A DNA stretch of 52,831 nucleotides, the filler included, from Streblomastix strix (lineage: Eukaryota): assembly GCA_008636045.1 (NCBI GenBank). It is 3 parts of 3 records of this genome, joined end to end, with 100 filler letters (N's around TTAATTAATTAA, not from the genome) between each part and the next. Parts side by side here need not be neighbours in the genome. Positions count along the whole stretch, not along the records: positions 35,296 to 52,831 come from SNRW01000699.1; 2 more parts are not named here. One strand, written 5' to 3'. Below are positions 35,296 to 52,400 of the stretch, piece after piece. The translations under genes and the position numbers were made by a program. Numbering within the stretch: position 1 is the first letter of the stretch; each line of letters starts with the position of its first letter. The notes under the pieces were generated by a model that made no database searches, was not told the origin of the DNA, and saw nothing but the letters and a program-made list of their open reading frames with translations.

Positions 35296-38200
35296 AATAA
35301 TAATAAAATTAAGATTAAGAGGTATAAATATTGTTAATTAAAAATGTATTATTTGGAAAAAATAGAGAAAATGAAGAATAAGTAGAAATTTATGAAAATG
35401 GAGTTAATGGAGGTGAAAGAGAAGGAGATGCAATTTATGATTTAATTTATTGTTGTTAATGAGATGATGAAAATGAAGATTGTGAAGGAGATAAAGGTGA
35501 AGAAATAGATTATGTTTTATTATAATCTGGTTAATCAATATTTTATTCATTTGTTTATTACAATATTTGTTAATAAGGAGATTTGTGTGGTGTTGATTAA
35601 ATATAAGATTATTATGATTGCTAAAAATGATGTTATGGGGACGATGATTAAGAAGAAAAAGATTTAGAACGTAAAATAAATTTGTTTGAAAAGGATTATT
35701 TTTCGTCCTAATTTTCTTTCTCATTCTCCAAATTTTAATATTTTTAATTATTGAATTGCTATTATTTAATAATGCTTTTCTTGTGTTTTCTAAGGCAATT
35801 AATAACCCATTTTAAAAGTTCGCATATATTTCTTTATCTCCCTTTCATCACATCTTCCCTTATATTCATTTCTAAAGATAATAACGGTGTTTATTATAAT
35901 GTTAATAAATGAATATATTTAATAGAATTTAATTGAATGAAAAATTGATATATCATTATTTATTATTATGTTAATATTATTTATCTTGTATTACAATCTC
36001 TTTTTACAAATTAATTATTATAATCACTTCTTTATTCTAATGGTTTTTCATCATTAAAATGTGGAATTTTAAAATAATCTGAACAAATATGAAGCGAAAA
36101 TAAAATATGCTATTAGAATGGATATTTTTTATTAATTTAATCTTTGGAGATTGGTTCATCAATATTCACCTTTTCTTAAATTAAAAATTAACTTGGGTTA
36201 AACTCTGTCAATAATTAAGATGGAATTTTTTAATTTCCTTATTATATAGATTATGTAAGTTATTGCAATGAGAAAAAATTTGAATGTATTAATTTATTTT
36301 CATGTTTTTATGAGAGCGTGTTGACTATTAAATTATGTTTTTAATATAATGAATATTGAAATGCTTATTAAATTATCATATTTGTAGTAAATCCCGTAGA
36401 AAGCGTAATTTCACACTATTTATCACTAAAAATAGAATGGGGAAAAGATATATCAAATAATATTCTTAATACAGTACCTTCATTAATTTATATTATTTAC
36501 TCACTTGTTCCCGATTAATAATTATAAAATAATGAAGAAAGCGATGAATGAATAAAGACCCTAAGAGAATTCTTTAAAATATTTATTTAATTATTTAATA
36601 ATTATTATTGTGTTTGCGATGAAATTGATGAAAGTGAAGAGGAGGATATAAATGTTAATTAGTGTTAATATGAATATGATGTTTGCTATATAAGAATAAG
36701 TATAAGTTATGCTGTTTATTAAAATTGGTTCTAAACATATTTACATTCTCTATCTTTTTATCTTTATATTTATTAATTCTTTTCTCTAAGCAATCTCATT
36801 TATTCATATTATGTTATTCTTCCTTAATGTTAGAATTACTTATCATATTGTTGCTATTATTATGATGATGATTATCTAATTTTTTTTCTTGGATTAATTT
36901 GAATTAGAATTTATTTTATTAAAGATTATATTATTCCAATTTCTGCAAGATTACGATATGATATTAATTAATGCTATTTTTATTTATCCTTGTTAAAGCT
37001 CTATTCGTTTATCCTTTATTCTTCTCTCTCACAAATACAAATAAAAAATGAAAGAATAGATTAAATAACGTGATTAAGATATAGAAGATGAATAGCTCGA
37101 AATGAATCACTTTCTTTTTCTATTTAATCTTGAATATTTTCATTTATATTATTTTACGAAAGAGGTGGAGAAATTGTAATATTTTATTATTATTATTATT
37201 ATTATGCTTATTATATTCCAAGCATTAATTCAACAGTTTCGAGTTCTATTGGTATTTATTATTAATATTAATATTAAGTAGAAGAATGAATATGTGAAGA
37301 TTTTTTATTATTAATTTTTTTTTCCTTTGATTTGTTCAAATCTTATTCTTCATTTTGTATCATCTTTCTTTTCTCTCTAACTATTTTCCCTTCTTTAATT
37401 TCAATACATTCTTTTTCAAATTAATTAATAATACATTCTTTAATAGCAACCAGTATATATATTCCTAATTGTTATTGTTTACCTTTCTCTTTCTCTTTAC
37501 CTTTATCTTTCTTAATCTTCTTTTCTTTTTCTTCATTCGCTTTCTTATCAATGATATTCATTTCATAAATGATTTAATCGCAAATAACAGACGAAGAAAA
37601 AGAAAGAGAAGATAAAATACGAAATAATAATAATACTTAAAAATTTAGATTTGTGTATTAATTATATTAATTTATTGCTTATTATAAATTTGATGATACA
37701 TCGGATTAAGAAGATGAATTATGATTTGATGGTTCAATTATCTATGTTTAATTTTCATCATAATACTACTGGAACAAATTATAAATTGTATTTATAATAA
37801 AATGAATAAAAATCGTAATAAATTTAGAATATGATTAGATTTTTTCTTCAACTGATAATTAATACGAAAAAGTTTGAGGTTATTAAGTTAAAGATGTTTT
37901 CTATTCACTATTTTACTAAAATGATTATGGCTAATCTGAATTATAAATTCTTCTCTTTTAAATTAACCAAGCTATCAACGCTAAATATTACTAAATTTAA
38001 TTATTTTCATATCCAATTAATTTATTTCTTGATTATTATATTGAATAAAGAAGTTATTATTATAATTGAAGTAATTATTATGATGAAGTTTATTCTTGTG
38101 CTTTTGTTCTCAATATTTATAATTAATTATTTGATTTACTTTAATTTAATATCTATTTTTAAATTTAATTTTCATTTTAAATAAACAATTATCCAATTTC

Positions 38201-41200
38201 TTCAATTATAAACATATATTACTAATACTAATACATAATATTCTCATCATTATCATCTTCATTTTCTTCATTTTCTCCATCTTTATTTACTTACTAATTA
38301 GCATTATCTCTTGCTTCTTCATAATCACTAATATTTATTAATTAGAATGAATCTTAATCAAAATTTTCTTCTTTTTCATTATTATATATAATATTCTTAA
38401 TTAAATTTGAATTCTCACTCTCAATAGCTTATTATTTGTCAGTTTATGTCAAATCATTATTACTTTATTTTTCTTATTCAATTTCTTAATTAAATTATTT
38501 TTCATTTATTAAATTGATTTATTATTTTGATCTTTCTTTCATTTAAATAAATAAAGGAGAGTAAGGCTTATTTATTCCTATATGAGTAAATTTATATATT
38601 TATTTATATTAATTATTTTTTATTTCTCTTTCAGATTATTCTTGAATCATTCTATTTTATATAGAAAAATAGGTATAATAAAATCTTGGAACAATAATAT
38701 CATCAGAATTATATTCATTATAATCATTGTCTTTTTCTTTCTATTGTTTTCCTCTTCCTCCTCTTCTTTATTCGCAAAATCCAGAATAATCAGAACAAAT
38801 GCTTTAACCTCTGGTTATGTTCTACCATTCTCCTTATTTAATATTTTAAATAATATAATAAAGATGAAATGAATTTTCATGAAGATTTTAGAATAATGAA
38901 GGTGAATTTAAACTAAGTAATCCTTAATCTATAATGATGATGCTAGATTATTATTGTTGTTCTTATTGATTAACTATTGGTACATGCTCATTTATTCCAT
39001 TCTTAATTTATGTTTAATTATTAATATCTTTTTATTATTCTAATTATATTTCTTTTTTAATTTCCTCAATTTCTTATTTTCTTTTTCTTTTTTTGCTTTT
39101 TAAATGATGTTTTCTTATGCTTGTTGGTTTTTCATAATTTAATGATTAATTTAATAAATAAGTTTGAGGAATTGTTTCTCCAATATATAATAGTGAAGAT
39201 TGCTACTAAATATTGTTAAACTTTTTTTCATTCAATAATGAATTATTATTAAATATATTATAATTATATATATTATATATATCACTATCTAATCTAATAG
39301 AAAATGATAATGAATGAATATGATCAAATAAAACAATAAATCTAAAATTACAAGGTGAATAATTACGTATATGATTATAAAGTAAATAAGGAGAGCAAGC
39401 TAATTGAGAGAGTGAGTATTGATCAGTCTGGGATAGTGAGTATGGATCAGTCAAATTATTCTCTTTCATTTCTATTAATTAGGGTAAAATTTTATTATTA
39501 TTATTATCTATGAATTATGAGGTTGAAAAGAAAGGTTAAAACGACGAAGATTATGAAGATGTAAATAAACGATGTGAATGAAGATGAGAAACTATGCTTT
39601 CATATTTTTTTAATAAAATAATCAGTTTAATTCTATTTCTTTTATCATTCTAATTCATTTTCTTTTCTTTTTAATCATTTTCTTATTCAAATTCTTTTAT
39701 TTATTATTTAATTTTATTTCTAAGTTTCAATTCTTTTATTTAATAATGTAATTTCCATTCATTCAAATTAATAATCATTTATTTTGATATAAGATATTCG
39801 TTTCTAATTGATTAAAATAATCCAATTTATAATTATTTAAATTAAATTTCCTCGCTTCTTCTTTATTTATAATTATAAATAACATACATTCTTATAAATG
39901 AATTTATGATTTCATTCATTTAATAAAAACTAGATTATAACATTATTGATATAAGTCTTTTTATAAATGAATTGCTAATATTTTTATAATTATTTAATAG
40001 TTATTCTTAAGTAGTTTAATTAATATTTTCTATTAATAATATCTCTTTCTTTTATTTCATCTTCAAATATTCTTTATCCTTATCCTTTTCTTTCAAATTC
40101 ATTTCATTTTCGTAGTTAATACAATTATTATTAATTATTAATATTTTATCAAACTAAAAAAATATAAATTCTTCTATTTATTAATTCCATTACATGTATC
40201 TTAAAAGTGAATTTAATAATAAATAAGAACAGGTTTCAATAGCTATATATTTTGATGGAGATGACTTCTTTAATATTTATTAAATGTTAAATGGCAATAA
40301 TAAATTGATTAAAAGAATTAAAAATGATGATAAAAGAGGATGAAGGGGAGGCTGTTAAAAGGATTATTAATCTTATTCAATACGTTCTCTATCAATATCT
40401 ATATCTTCACAACTAATAATATTTAAGAAAATAACAACGCAGTCATCTAACAATTAAATTAATTATGAGGATTATTAAGTTGAAGCTCTTATCTAAGAAG
40501 ACTATTATAGACTTTAATAAATTTAAGAAATTAAATCTAATAAAGATGACAAAATTCTATGTATTATTGACTATGATGGATGAGTTACTAAAAAAGAAGA
40601 TATTTATTGTACCCCATCAGATGAATTATAATTAGACAAAATTTAATATGGGATTTATAGCCACGAGTGAATATTTCCTTCATGATCATTAAAATATTCA
40701 TTTTCGTTTATATTCAATTTCTCTTTTTCTTTTTCCTATTTTTTCTTCATTTTATTTTTCATATATTTCTATAAATAATGAATATCATTGAAGCAAAGCA
40801 TGCATAATAATTAACTTAAATGTCTATTCCCTTATGAATATACTAATAATTTTTTAATATACAAAGGAGAAATATAAGCATTATAACTATCAATCTAAAT
40901 TCCATTATTTTCTTCTCCAATATTCATCAAAATACTAATGTCAAATTAGAATGTTTGAGATTTTATTGTTGAATTATCTTAATGCTATTATAATTATTTG
41001 CTTTAAAAATTGAATTTATTATCAAGTTCATCACTAAAAATAAAAAATAAAGAAGATCTTGGAGAATAATCTTCCAGCCTTAATCGTTTTAATATTTCAA
41101 TAGTATCTATTCCTCCTTCAATTTGTGTTATATATGAATATTATTAGTAAGTTTACTATGATTCTTATTAATTTTTTAATTGCTATTATTATGCTATTTG

Positions 41201-43455
41201 AGAATATTAAATAGGTACATTTTGAACAGTTGATATTAACGCAAATAATATAGATGTAATTCTCGATTGATCAGATTCTGGTGGATCATCAATATATTCA
41301 CACAATTAAATGTTTTTTCCTTTAATTCTAATATATACTTATCTTTTATACTGTTATTAATTTTATGAATCATCTGAAAATATAGATAATTGATCTGTTT
41401 TATTTTATTATTAATTCTATTATTGTTATTGAGAATTAATAGGAAGATAATGTTTACAATAGAATTCTTTTAATCGTTAAATATCAATGTTCATCATATA
41501 ATCATTTCTTATCTCTTTTAATTTTTCTGCTTATACAGCCCAATTCATCCATTAAAGTTATTAATTATTATTAAATGAAGAATGAATAATATTTTCCTAT
41601 TACTATTAAATATATTATTATAAGAATAAATGAGGGCATATATATGAATGACATCTTTATACAAATGAAGAAGATATCAAACAAGCTGATAAAATTGGAG
41701 AAATTTAAGAACATTCTCTGATAAATACGAATAAAGGTATTAATTCAAACGGTTAAGATAACAATGAATAGTTATAGAATTATTTCTATAACTATTAATT
41801 TTATTAATTATTAATTTCTTAATTTTCTTCAAGAGCTAATAAAATATGAACTGTATCTAATAATGCAGAAAAAAAGTTAATTATTAATTCAATATTTTCA
41901 ATTTAATTCTTTGTTATTAAAAAATAATTATTATCTAAGTAGTTAATTTATTAATTTAAATCTTAATTTTATTATTCTTTATTTATATCTTCTTTTTAGT
42001 CATTGTTTAATTCTTCTTGCTTCGCTTTTGTGATTTGATCTATTTTTGTATCATCTTCCTATTGAATAAACTCTTCAAATTTATCATCTTCAATTTATTT
42101 ACTCATTGATCTTAAAGCAGATAAAATAACTCTAATAAATGATTTTTACTCGGTGGGTCTAATTGAATAAAAAAAGAACTATCTTGAAATTGATGTAAAT
42201 GATAATGGATCAAGTCTTGTAGATGTTAATGATTTCTTATCATATTACTATTATTATAATTAAATCAAAGTAGGTGAAGAAGAAATAGGAATATTTTTGA
42301 CTAATTTTTTGTTTTATTCCTTCTCAAAAATGTTATTCTTATTCTAAAAATCATTTTATTTTTTCATTTGTTCTTTTTCTTCCTCTTGTATTTCAACATT
42401 TATTTCATATTCTTATTATTTTTTTAAATCGTCATCGTTATCATCTTCATCATCATCATCTTCTTTTTCTACTTACATGTCTCCAAAAGTTAATTCTTCT
42501 TCTTCTTCTTCTTCTTCACCTTCTTCATCCTCTTTTCCTTATTCATCTAATTCTTTATCAATTTATGTTTAATCATATAATTAAAATTCATCACACTCAT
42601 TTTATATCTCAAATTAATATTAGTTTTTATCCTTCTCCTTTATTTTGTCTTTATTTCCCAAAGTAACAGATTTTTCCTATTCTAATTATTTTTATTATTT
42701 TATTTAGCTTTCTTTCTCCTTTTCTTTTTCATTGATTTTTTATCTTATCCATATGCTAATATCTTCTTCTTCTTATCTCATTTATATTCCTAACATATTA
42801 ATAAATTCAGAAGAAAGAATTGGAGAATTAATCAAAATTCTTTCTAATTCATGACAAAATGTAGAAAACATTGAATTATCAATAAATCTTGAATATGAAT
42901 GAAAAACAAATTTAATCCAAACTCCTAAAAAGTTAATGATTAATTAATTTGATATAAAAAATCTTTATTGTTGCTTAATAATATGATAATTCTATTTTTA
43001 CTAATTAATATTAAATATATTACAGTAAGTATCTAAGGTATTAATATAAGGTATATGATATTGATATGATGAGTTTAATGAATTATATGAATATAATGAT
43101 GATAATGAAGATGAAAGAGATTAATTAGATCTAATGGAAGCAATATCGTCAAATATTTCTTCATCAACATCGTAATCTTCTTCAAAATTTTATTAATTTT
43201 ACTATATTTTACTTAATTAATAACCATTATATTAATATGCATTTTCATTCATTTAGTCTCCTTCAAATAAAAATTCATTTCTATTTTCAGTATAATTAAT
43301 ACAATTTAATTCAACAAACATCTTTCTCAAAAATTATGCAAATTATTTTCTAGGAATATGAAATTATTAAGAACTATCAATAAAATTAATACTTTTCTTT
43401 CTTTCTAATAATAACTAGTATGATGACTGCGGAATTTAAATGAAGAGTGTATCTG

Positions 43456-43487
<32 letters not shown>

Positions 43488-46400
43488 AACAAAGATAATG
43501 TATATGTGAATGAAATAGGGAAATTAAAAGATAATGAAGAAGTTATATGATTTTCAAATAAATCTTCATGTGATTCTCTTATTAAAATTATTATTAATTA
43601 TAAATTATCTAAGCAATTTTTGCATAATAATTCTAATATCAAAAATAAATAATGTCTTATCTTTGATATTAATGCTTTTCCTTATTTTTATTATTTTTAA
43701 ATGTCTTCATCTTATTGTTATTATGATATTTCTGTTTTAAGATGCAAATCTAATTGATGAAGTTGTTATTTAGAAGATGACATTACCAAAGAAGATGAAT
43801 TATTGTTTATATTTTATTCTTGTTCATATTTATTAATGATCTAATATTTATTTTGTTTCATTGATTCTTTTAATAATGAAGAAAGCAATGACGAATGAGA
43901 AATTGATTTTATTGAGGATAAAGATTAATATTATGGTAAATAGTATGATGATTATTACCTGTTTAATTGCTGGTATTATTAGGGCTATGAATAAGATGAT
44001 TATGACGATATTGAATATGATGAATATGAGATAAATCTTTATTATTGTTAATTTCTCATATTGAAAGTTTACCACATCGAATGTAATGTTAATTCATTTA
44101 ATTTTTATTTCTGATTTTGATATTAGTTTTATTGTATATATTATGGTTTTTATTAATATAGGCCATATTGTGAAACAGATGACTATCGTGTATGCGAAAT
44201 TTTTCTAGCTCTAATTAATCCTTGACTTTACTCATCTTATTAATACTATTATTAATAAAGAAATTTAGATTAAATTGTTTTATTTTCCCCAATAGAAGAA
44301 GACTATAACTATTTTCTTGGTATTGCTTCAAGGAAAGATGGTTTAATCAAATGGTTAAATATAAAATAAATTAAAGATAGACCTTTATTACTTCCAATTC
44401 CTATCTTCATCTACATTTCTAAATTATTATTATCATTAATATCACTAAATAATTCTTTAGTTTATTAAATTGGAAAACTATTAGATTAAAATTCTTGCTA
44501 TTAATTCAAATTTTAATTATTATAAATTTATATTAAAACATTTCCTTTATAATTTTCTAATTCATTAATAAATTCTTTCATGAAATATATTATTGAATAA
44601 AGTGAAAGAGAATTAAACTCCTACTATTAGTTACAATTTTCTTTTTCTTTATCTTTAATAATAATATTTCTATTTAATTCTTATTATCTAATTCCTGTAA
44701 TTATCATAGGAGAATATAAGATTAGTTAAGAAAAAATAGCTAAAATCTTATAAGGATTAAAAAGGGAATGGAAAAGAATTAATTAAAATGATTGTTATTA
44801 AGAATATAATGAAAGAAGAGTAGATTATTATTATTATTATTGTTATTATGAAGATGATGATTATGATGATGAAGATGATGATTATGATGATGAAGATGAT
44901 GATTATGATTAAGAAGACATATTTATAAGTGGTATTACTGGTATAATTTCTGGTTATTACGATTGATATTATATTTCAATTTATTCATTATCTGTCTTCT
45001 GAATTTGTTATTATTATTAAATTAATTTATCTTAAATATTATTTAGAAGTAGAGAGAAACTGAATGGAGAATAAATATCTTAATTTTTATTTTTCTCATT
45101 ATAATTCTCATCATCAATTAATTATAAATCATTTAATTCTTCATCTTTCTCTTTACCTTTTTATTCTTTTTCTTTTTATTCTCATTCATTCTCTTTTTCA
45201 ATTAAATTCATTCCAATATCAAGAATAAATTATGGGATCATCTTTAAATATTAATTAACTTTTTCAATTGATATTAAAGGATTTGATAAAATATAATCAA
45301 ATATTTCTGAGTATAAGAGAAGAGCTAACGAATGCGTTGGAGTTAGGCATATTAATTATTGTTATGACTAAGATTGCAAGGATTAAAAATTTTTATTCTC
45401 TGATTTCTTGTTTAAATGAATATTAGTATACACATATTTTTATGTGCTATAACAAATAGCTTCAATAAAGCATTTTAATACTTATTCATAATATTTTAAT
45501 ATTCTGGTGTTCATTCTATAATCTAATTCTATGAAAATACTATTGTATAATGATGTTAATGATTATGGTGAATCAGAATATTGAATATTTGTATTTTATT
45601 CATCATTTTAATCATCACTTTCTTCTTCATTATCATTTATATAAGTTTTTCCATTTAATTTTGCGATACTTGACTTGTTTCTTTTTAAATTAATTAAATT
45701 TATAATATTAAGTAAAATAAGGCGTGTGAGAGGAGGTTATTAATTATTTAACGATTAAGATGATGAAGAAGAAAGATATAATGGAACAGACAGAGGTAGT
45801 AGAAGAGGTGAAAAAGAATTCAGTAAAGACATAGCAAATATTATAGAAGTTAAAATTCCATCAACATGAGTTGTTTATGATTATGATAAATACATTATTC
45901 CACTATATTATTGTTCATTAATTAATAAATTATTTGTATTTATTGTTTCCTTTATTTGATCTTAATTTCTAAAATTCTAATATAATTATAAAGGATTTGT
46001 TGTTCTATATAAAAATGGTGATTATTAAATATTAAATGATAATTAATTAATAAGAATTGGCTTTAAATTATATTATTATAATAATTATTGAGTATTAGTC
46101 GATTATGAATTAATTAATGATTATTAAAACTATTATGAATCAGGAAATAATGATTACTAAGATGTTTATAGTGGAGGAAATGTAGATGACATTATCAAAA
46201 AACTTATTTATGACGAAATTTAAAACAAAGTTATTTTATATGAATTGAAATGATTAAATAATAAGAATGTTATGAGTTCTATTTTTTTTAATCTATCTTA
46301 ATTTTCTATTAATTAATTTTTATCATTCTCGCTTTTTGACTTTCTCTTAATTATTATTTCAATTCTATCTTTTCTTTCATTAATTTTTTTTATCATTCTA

Positions 46401-49400
46401 TCTATTTAAAATTGTAACGATATTGATGAAATAATTAAATTTTTCATCATTTGCATTAATAATCCCAAAATTGATTATTATTATGATGATTGATTGTTTA
46501 TTTAATCTAATTTACTATCAACTTTTGTTTTACTGTTATTCTTCATAATTTTAACTTTATTTTAATCTTTGATTTTATTGTTATCTATTTCTTAATAATT
46601 TAAAACTTTAATTATTATTGAATCTTTATATATTCCATTATACTTGATAAGAGATGATGTGCTAACTTTATCAATTAATTAATCATCAATTTTATTTAAC
46701 ATATCATGAATAATTAATTTATAATTATTATTTACTTATTTATTCGTGTCGATTTATTCTTAAATATTATTATCCTAATTAATATTAATATGAAACAGGT
46801 TTTCAAATACAAATTATGTAAATATTAATGGATTAGTTATTAATTCAATAAATTATTAATTATCAAATGATAATAAATGAGGAATAAAAGATAATTTTTT
46901 TCTTTATTAAATATCATCATTTTTATTACTATTGTCATCTTTATAATTTTATATAATTTAATTGTCAAATGCATTAAACTTCACATTCTCGTTAATATCT
47001 TAAATACTTTTAACATTATAAATGTTTCTATTATTATTAATATAAATGCATAATTGCGATTACATAATATAAGGTGAAATATTTCTTTAAAAATATGAAA
47101 AAATAGGTGAATAAGAAGAAGTTAAATGAAAAGAATCATTGTTATTAAGTTATGATTTAATATATGATTGTTTTTATTTAACATTATATTTATCATTTTC
47201 TTATTTACAAATTAATTATAAATATAATCTATCATCTTCATTTATATAATTATCTTCTGTAATTGAAAAAGAATAAGGATTTAGAGTTGATTAAGGATAA
47301 TATAATAATGGATTTTGTATTCCAATTCCTTCTGAACAAATCAATGATAGTTATAATAGTCTTGAGTAGAGAAGAACCAAAGGACCATTTATAAATTCAT
47401 TTTCAATACAATAATCCATTTTTTATTCTTTTTAATCTTTGTTAGACTGTTACTAATCAATTATGTTAATAAATTTAGTATAAACATTACAATTTAATAA
47501 TGTATATTTAATAATATTTATGTAAGAAGAAGGTTAATATGAAATTGATGGGTACGAATTAAGCTAATTTACCAATTACTAATAATATGAAAATGGTTAA
47601 TAGAAGAAGAATGAAAATAAAATACGAAGAAGGTGAATTAGTAGTGATAAAGAAAGTTTGGGGAAGGGATTGATATTCAAACAGTCTTCTTACATTTAGT
47701 TACAATAATCTTTTTAATCAAATTATTATTCATAGACATTCAACGGTTATTTTGTTATAGATTAATAATTAGATAATAATTCTTATTCTTATTTTTGTAA
47801 TTATTAATGATGTTTAACAAATGAAGATTTAAACTAAGCTTATAATATAATAGATAATAATGAACTCAATCCACCAGAATAAATAAATCTATATCTCCAA
47901 TTATTAATATTAGCAAATGAATATTAATCTTAATCAAAATCATATTATAATAATGAAGAAGGTTATTCTTTTATTTATTATTCAAATTATCCAACTTTTT
48001 TATTTTCTTTTTATAATTTTCTTTGTTTTAATAATATTAAATTTATATTTTCAAATTCATCATTTATATTATTCATTGTTAGTATGTTTGAATAATCAAT
48101 ATTATATTACGTTAATTATTAATCAATTTTAGAATCAAAATTAATTCCGCTCCTAATTTCTTTATTTTATTTTTCCTCTTTATTCATGTTTTCTTTGTTT
48201 AATTTTATTATTTCTTACATAATATCATTCATGCTTTAAGTATTTGTATAAATCATCATTTATTCAACTGTGCATACTGAAGTTCTTAACATATTTCTCC
48301 ATAGTCTATCATTTTATATTTATCTTATTAATATTTTAGTTCCTGGAAGAATAGTAAATTATTAATCAAATTATAATTACGATTATTGTTTTTAAGAAGA
48401 TTATAATTAAAAAATTAATTTTTAATTCTTTTCTTTCCACTTATAATTATATTTAATTGTTTTTAAACCAACTAATGATAATGCATTTCTTATGTATATA
48501 TCAGAATATTTATCTTATTCTTTTTATTTTTTCAATAATTTTATATTTTTGTTAGATTTATTTTCTTTGTTTCTTTCCCTATTTAATAAATAAATTTAGT
48601 TTACTTTTATTCCTGTAGGAAATAAAGAGATCCAATCAGTATTAATTAAAGAGGAAGAAATTAATTATGTAGATATTTAATCGGAATTGAAATATGGAAA
48701 TATTAATAATGTAAATAATGATAAAAGAAATGAAGAAATTTATATAGAATGAGTATGGGAAAATGAAGGATTTAACTATTATTATTTTATTTCATCTTCA
48801 AATTCTTTAAAGTCAATATAATCAAAAAATTAATTAAATAATTATTAGTCTAATCTATTAGATTATGTAATTTAATATATTAGAGGAATGTATGGAGATA
48901 GTAATTATGAAGGAGAATGGCCTTACAAGAAAAATAGTGAGTTTTTATAGTATAAAGAAGGATTAATTAAAGGATCTAAATTATTATTATATTGTTAATT
49001 ATTATTATGCTTTATTTATTGTTTATGTTAATTTATTAAATTTTTATATGTAAAATTCTTTAATATATCTATTTCTTTTTATATTTCATTATTATTTTTT
49101 TTAATTTCTTAAGATTTTTTATTTTTCTTATGATATTAAGGAGATTGCTATGAAGATATAGATTAAATTTATTTAAATTTATTATCTTTAGTGATTTATT
49201 AACCTTTCTTATCTTTTTCAATGTTTTTTAATTTTTTCTTTTTCAATAATTAAACTTTATTAATTAATTAATTTGTTATTAAATTTACTTTTTCAACAGT
49301 TTTTTAAGGAATTATATATTCTAATCTTTCAATTCCTTTTTTGCCAATCATTTCTAATAAAACCAAAGGTTCATTTGTTAAATCAAATATTTATTATTTA

Positions 49401-52400
49401 TTATTAGTATTATTAGTATTATTAGTATTATTATCGTATGGAACTGGGTCTCTATATAATATTTTAATTTCACTAGCATCACAGCATATATCATTTTTAT
49501 CATATTCATCATTTATTTCTTCTGCTTCATTGCACAATTCTTTCATTTTTCCTCTTAAATAATTATATCTTTGATTAATTAATATTGCTATTCTAAGTCT
49601 TAATGTTTAAATACAATCATATTCTGATACTAACATATCAATACTTATTCTTGCATATTTATTTATTTACGTATTTTTTAATTACTTCAGAATTTATTAT
49701 TACTATAAAGCAATAGCAATCTTTAGAGGATAGCCATAAATATGTTATTAGGAAGAATAATTTGTCTACGAATATGTTGGAATGGAGAAAGTTAATAAAT
49801 CTAAGAATGATTAATATTACTAATTGTCTTATTAAATTTATTAAAATTAATTCAAGCTCTTCATTTCAATCATTTAATTTATTCCAATAATCATTGTTTA
49901 TATCTTTTTCTCGTATTCAAGTAATTAATTATTATTACTAATTATAATATCAAGCATCTATTCTTAACCAAATACTTAAAATTTTTGCTATTACTATATT
50001 AGTTATTATTCTAATTCTTATTCTTTCTCTTATTCTTTCTCTTATTATTATTCTTACTTTTATTATTATTATTATTAATCTTACTTTTATTATTATTATT
50101 ATTATTAAGATTATTATTATTACTATTAAGATTATTATTAAGATTATTATTAAGATTATTATTATTATTAACCTATAGAAATAATGAATTTCTAAAGTAA
50201 TTCATAAGGATTGTGTTATTACTATGAAGCTGAGAGAATTAGATTAAGAAGAAGTAGTGAATTAATTACTCTATGTTATTATTTTAGAAATGAAAATATA
50301 GAGAAGTGCGATTATTATTAAGACAATTATTATTAATAATTAATCATTTTATGTAATTTAATTATTTCCACAATAATCTTTTTTAATCCATTTTCCATTG
50401 TTAAGTCAATTCCTTCTATTGAAATATCTTCCGATCTTCCTTTTCTTAATCCTGCTCTTCTTCTTTAAATTTCTTTTCTTCTTTATTTTAAAATTAATCT
50501 AAAATTAATCATATGATTTTATTCTTTTGTACTGCTTAAATCAATATCTTTTTATTTTTCATTTTCATTAATATTTCTTGGTAATATAATCTTTATTAAC
50601 AATTATATTCCTTCATTATTATTCATACATTTTTTCATTCTTATTTTCTCTTTCTTCTTATATTCATTGCTTTGTTTATATATATATTATTTCATTAATT
50701 ATTATTTGTACAATTATAATAAACATTTTATATGTTACTAATATTGAATTATTTTATCTTTCTTTAATTACTACTAATGTTGTTATATTTTATGATAAGT
50801 TGATGGAGGGAGAGATTAAGGTTATTATGATTAATTTTATTAATAAAATTAAAAGCTTTATTATTTCAAAGAAAAATCTTTTTATCTTTTAGTAATTTTT
50901 TCACTTTATTAAATTATTTTTGATTTTAATTCATTATCATTTTAGCTTTAATATTTTAATTAGTTATTGCTATTTAACACATAATATTATAATCCTTCAT
51001 CGTTTTCTATATTATCTTCTTCATATTAAGCAATTTTTTCTAATAACTGTTATTTGTCTTTGTCTTAAGGTTATTCTCTATACTTAATAATTTCATCAAC
51101 ATACTCATAATCATCAATATATCCATAATCAATAGGCCAATTTAATGCAGAATTCCATAATTATTAATATCCAAATCTTATTCTTTATAATTATCTAGTA
51201 ACGTTATAATATTAAGATGAATTTGAATATTAATTTGTATTTATTATGGAGTTTACGTTAATATTGATATTATTATTTATTTTCTTATTATTATTAAATT
51301 ATAATATTTATTGCATATTACATCCATATATTTCATTAATTTTAATAAAAAAATGTGAAAATAAAGAAAATTCTTCTTTAAATCTTTACACATTCTTTAT
51401 TCTGTTATTTTATAATTCAATTTGTCTATGCTATAATTCTTATTCATATAATTTCATCATTTCTTTATCTACTCTCATTCTTCCTCTAATTCTACTTTTT
51501 CCTTCTTCTAATGTTAATCCAACATTTGTTCCTCCTTGCGCTTCTTATTACTCTATTATTTTTTGTTCATTTTTTTCGTCGTTTTCAATTATTTTGTCAA
51601 TCGTAATGTATCCCAATTAAATCATCTCATATCGAAATATAAATGTATCTGAAATATTATTAATTTAAGCATTAATGTTCTTCATTAGTTCATTTATCCT
51701 TTTCTTTTGTTCGAGTTCCCCTTCATCTTTTTATTAAATTGTTTCTATTTTCTTTTCTTTTTCATTTTCTCTATTACCAGTTTAATGAATTAATATCTCA
51801 TCACTATAAATAAATCTTTCTTTTCCAATATAAACTTTAATAAATTATAATAATTCAATAAATAACTGAAAAGAAAATAATCTTTCTTATCTTGTTAATG
51901 CTGATCTTATTGTTTATTACCATAATTATAACAAAGGAGGAAAATATAATGGTTGATCAAATTTAAATGTTTTCTTTTTCTTTATTTTAATTTACTTTCT
52001 TAATTTAATTTGTTTTTTTATTTATGAATTCATATCTTAAATAATAGAAGATTACGAAATCTATGAATATTGTGTATCAACCGATTAAACTGATTTATAT
52101 GAAGATATTGAAGATCTTGAAGAAGCTCGTGAAGTTTTTGTAGAAGCTCGAGATTAATGAGAAGTTTTTGATGCTCTTGATGTAGAATGATGATGATGGT
52201 GATGATGTTTATGCATGTTTAATTTATTATCACTTTTCTCTTTTTCTTACTATTATTATTTATTAATTAATCGTTCAGGAGTTTAATTTAATTTATTTTT
52301 TTTAATATGAGAAGAGGATCTTGATGAATGCGAAGATTTTGTTGAAGAATGTTTCTGTTTATTATCTTTTAATTTTGAAAAATCTAATTTCAATTAATTT

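Noticed and set aside
44820..50170. Short tandem arrays (GATGATGATTAT near 44850, AAGATTATTATT near 50110) as CRISPR or telomeric repeats
   Set aside because: They have no unique spacers and are triplet-phase coding microsatellites for S/Q tracts.
35404..51620. Many short hydrophobic 'membrane protein' ORFs in the supplied track
   Set aside because: They are antisense or off-frame shadows of the Q/N-rich code-6 gene in AT-rich DNA.
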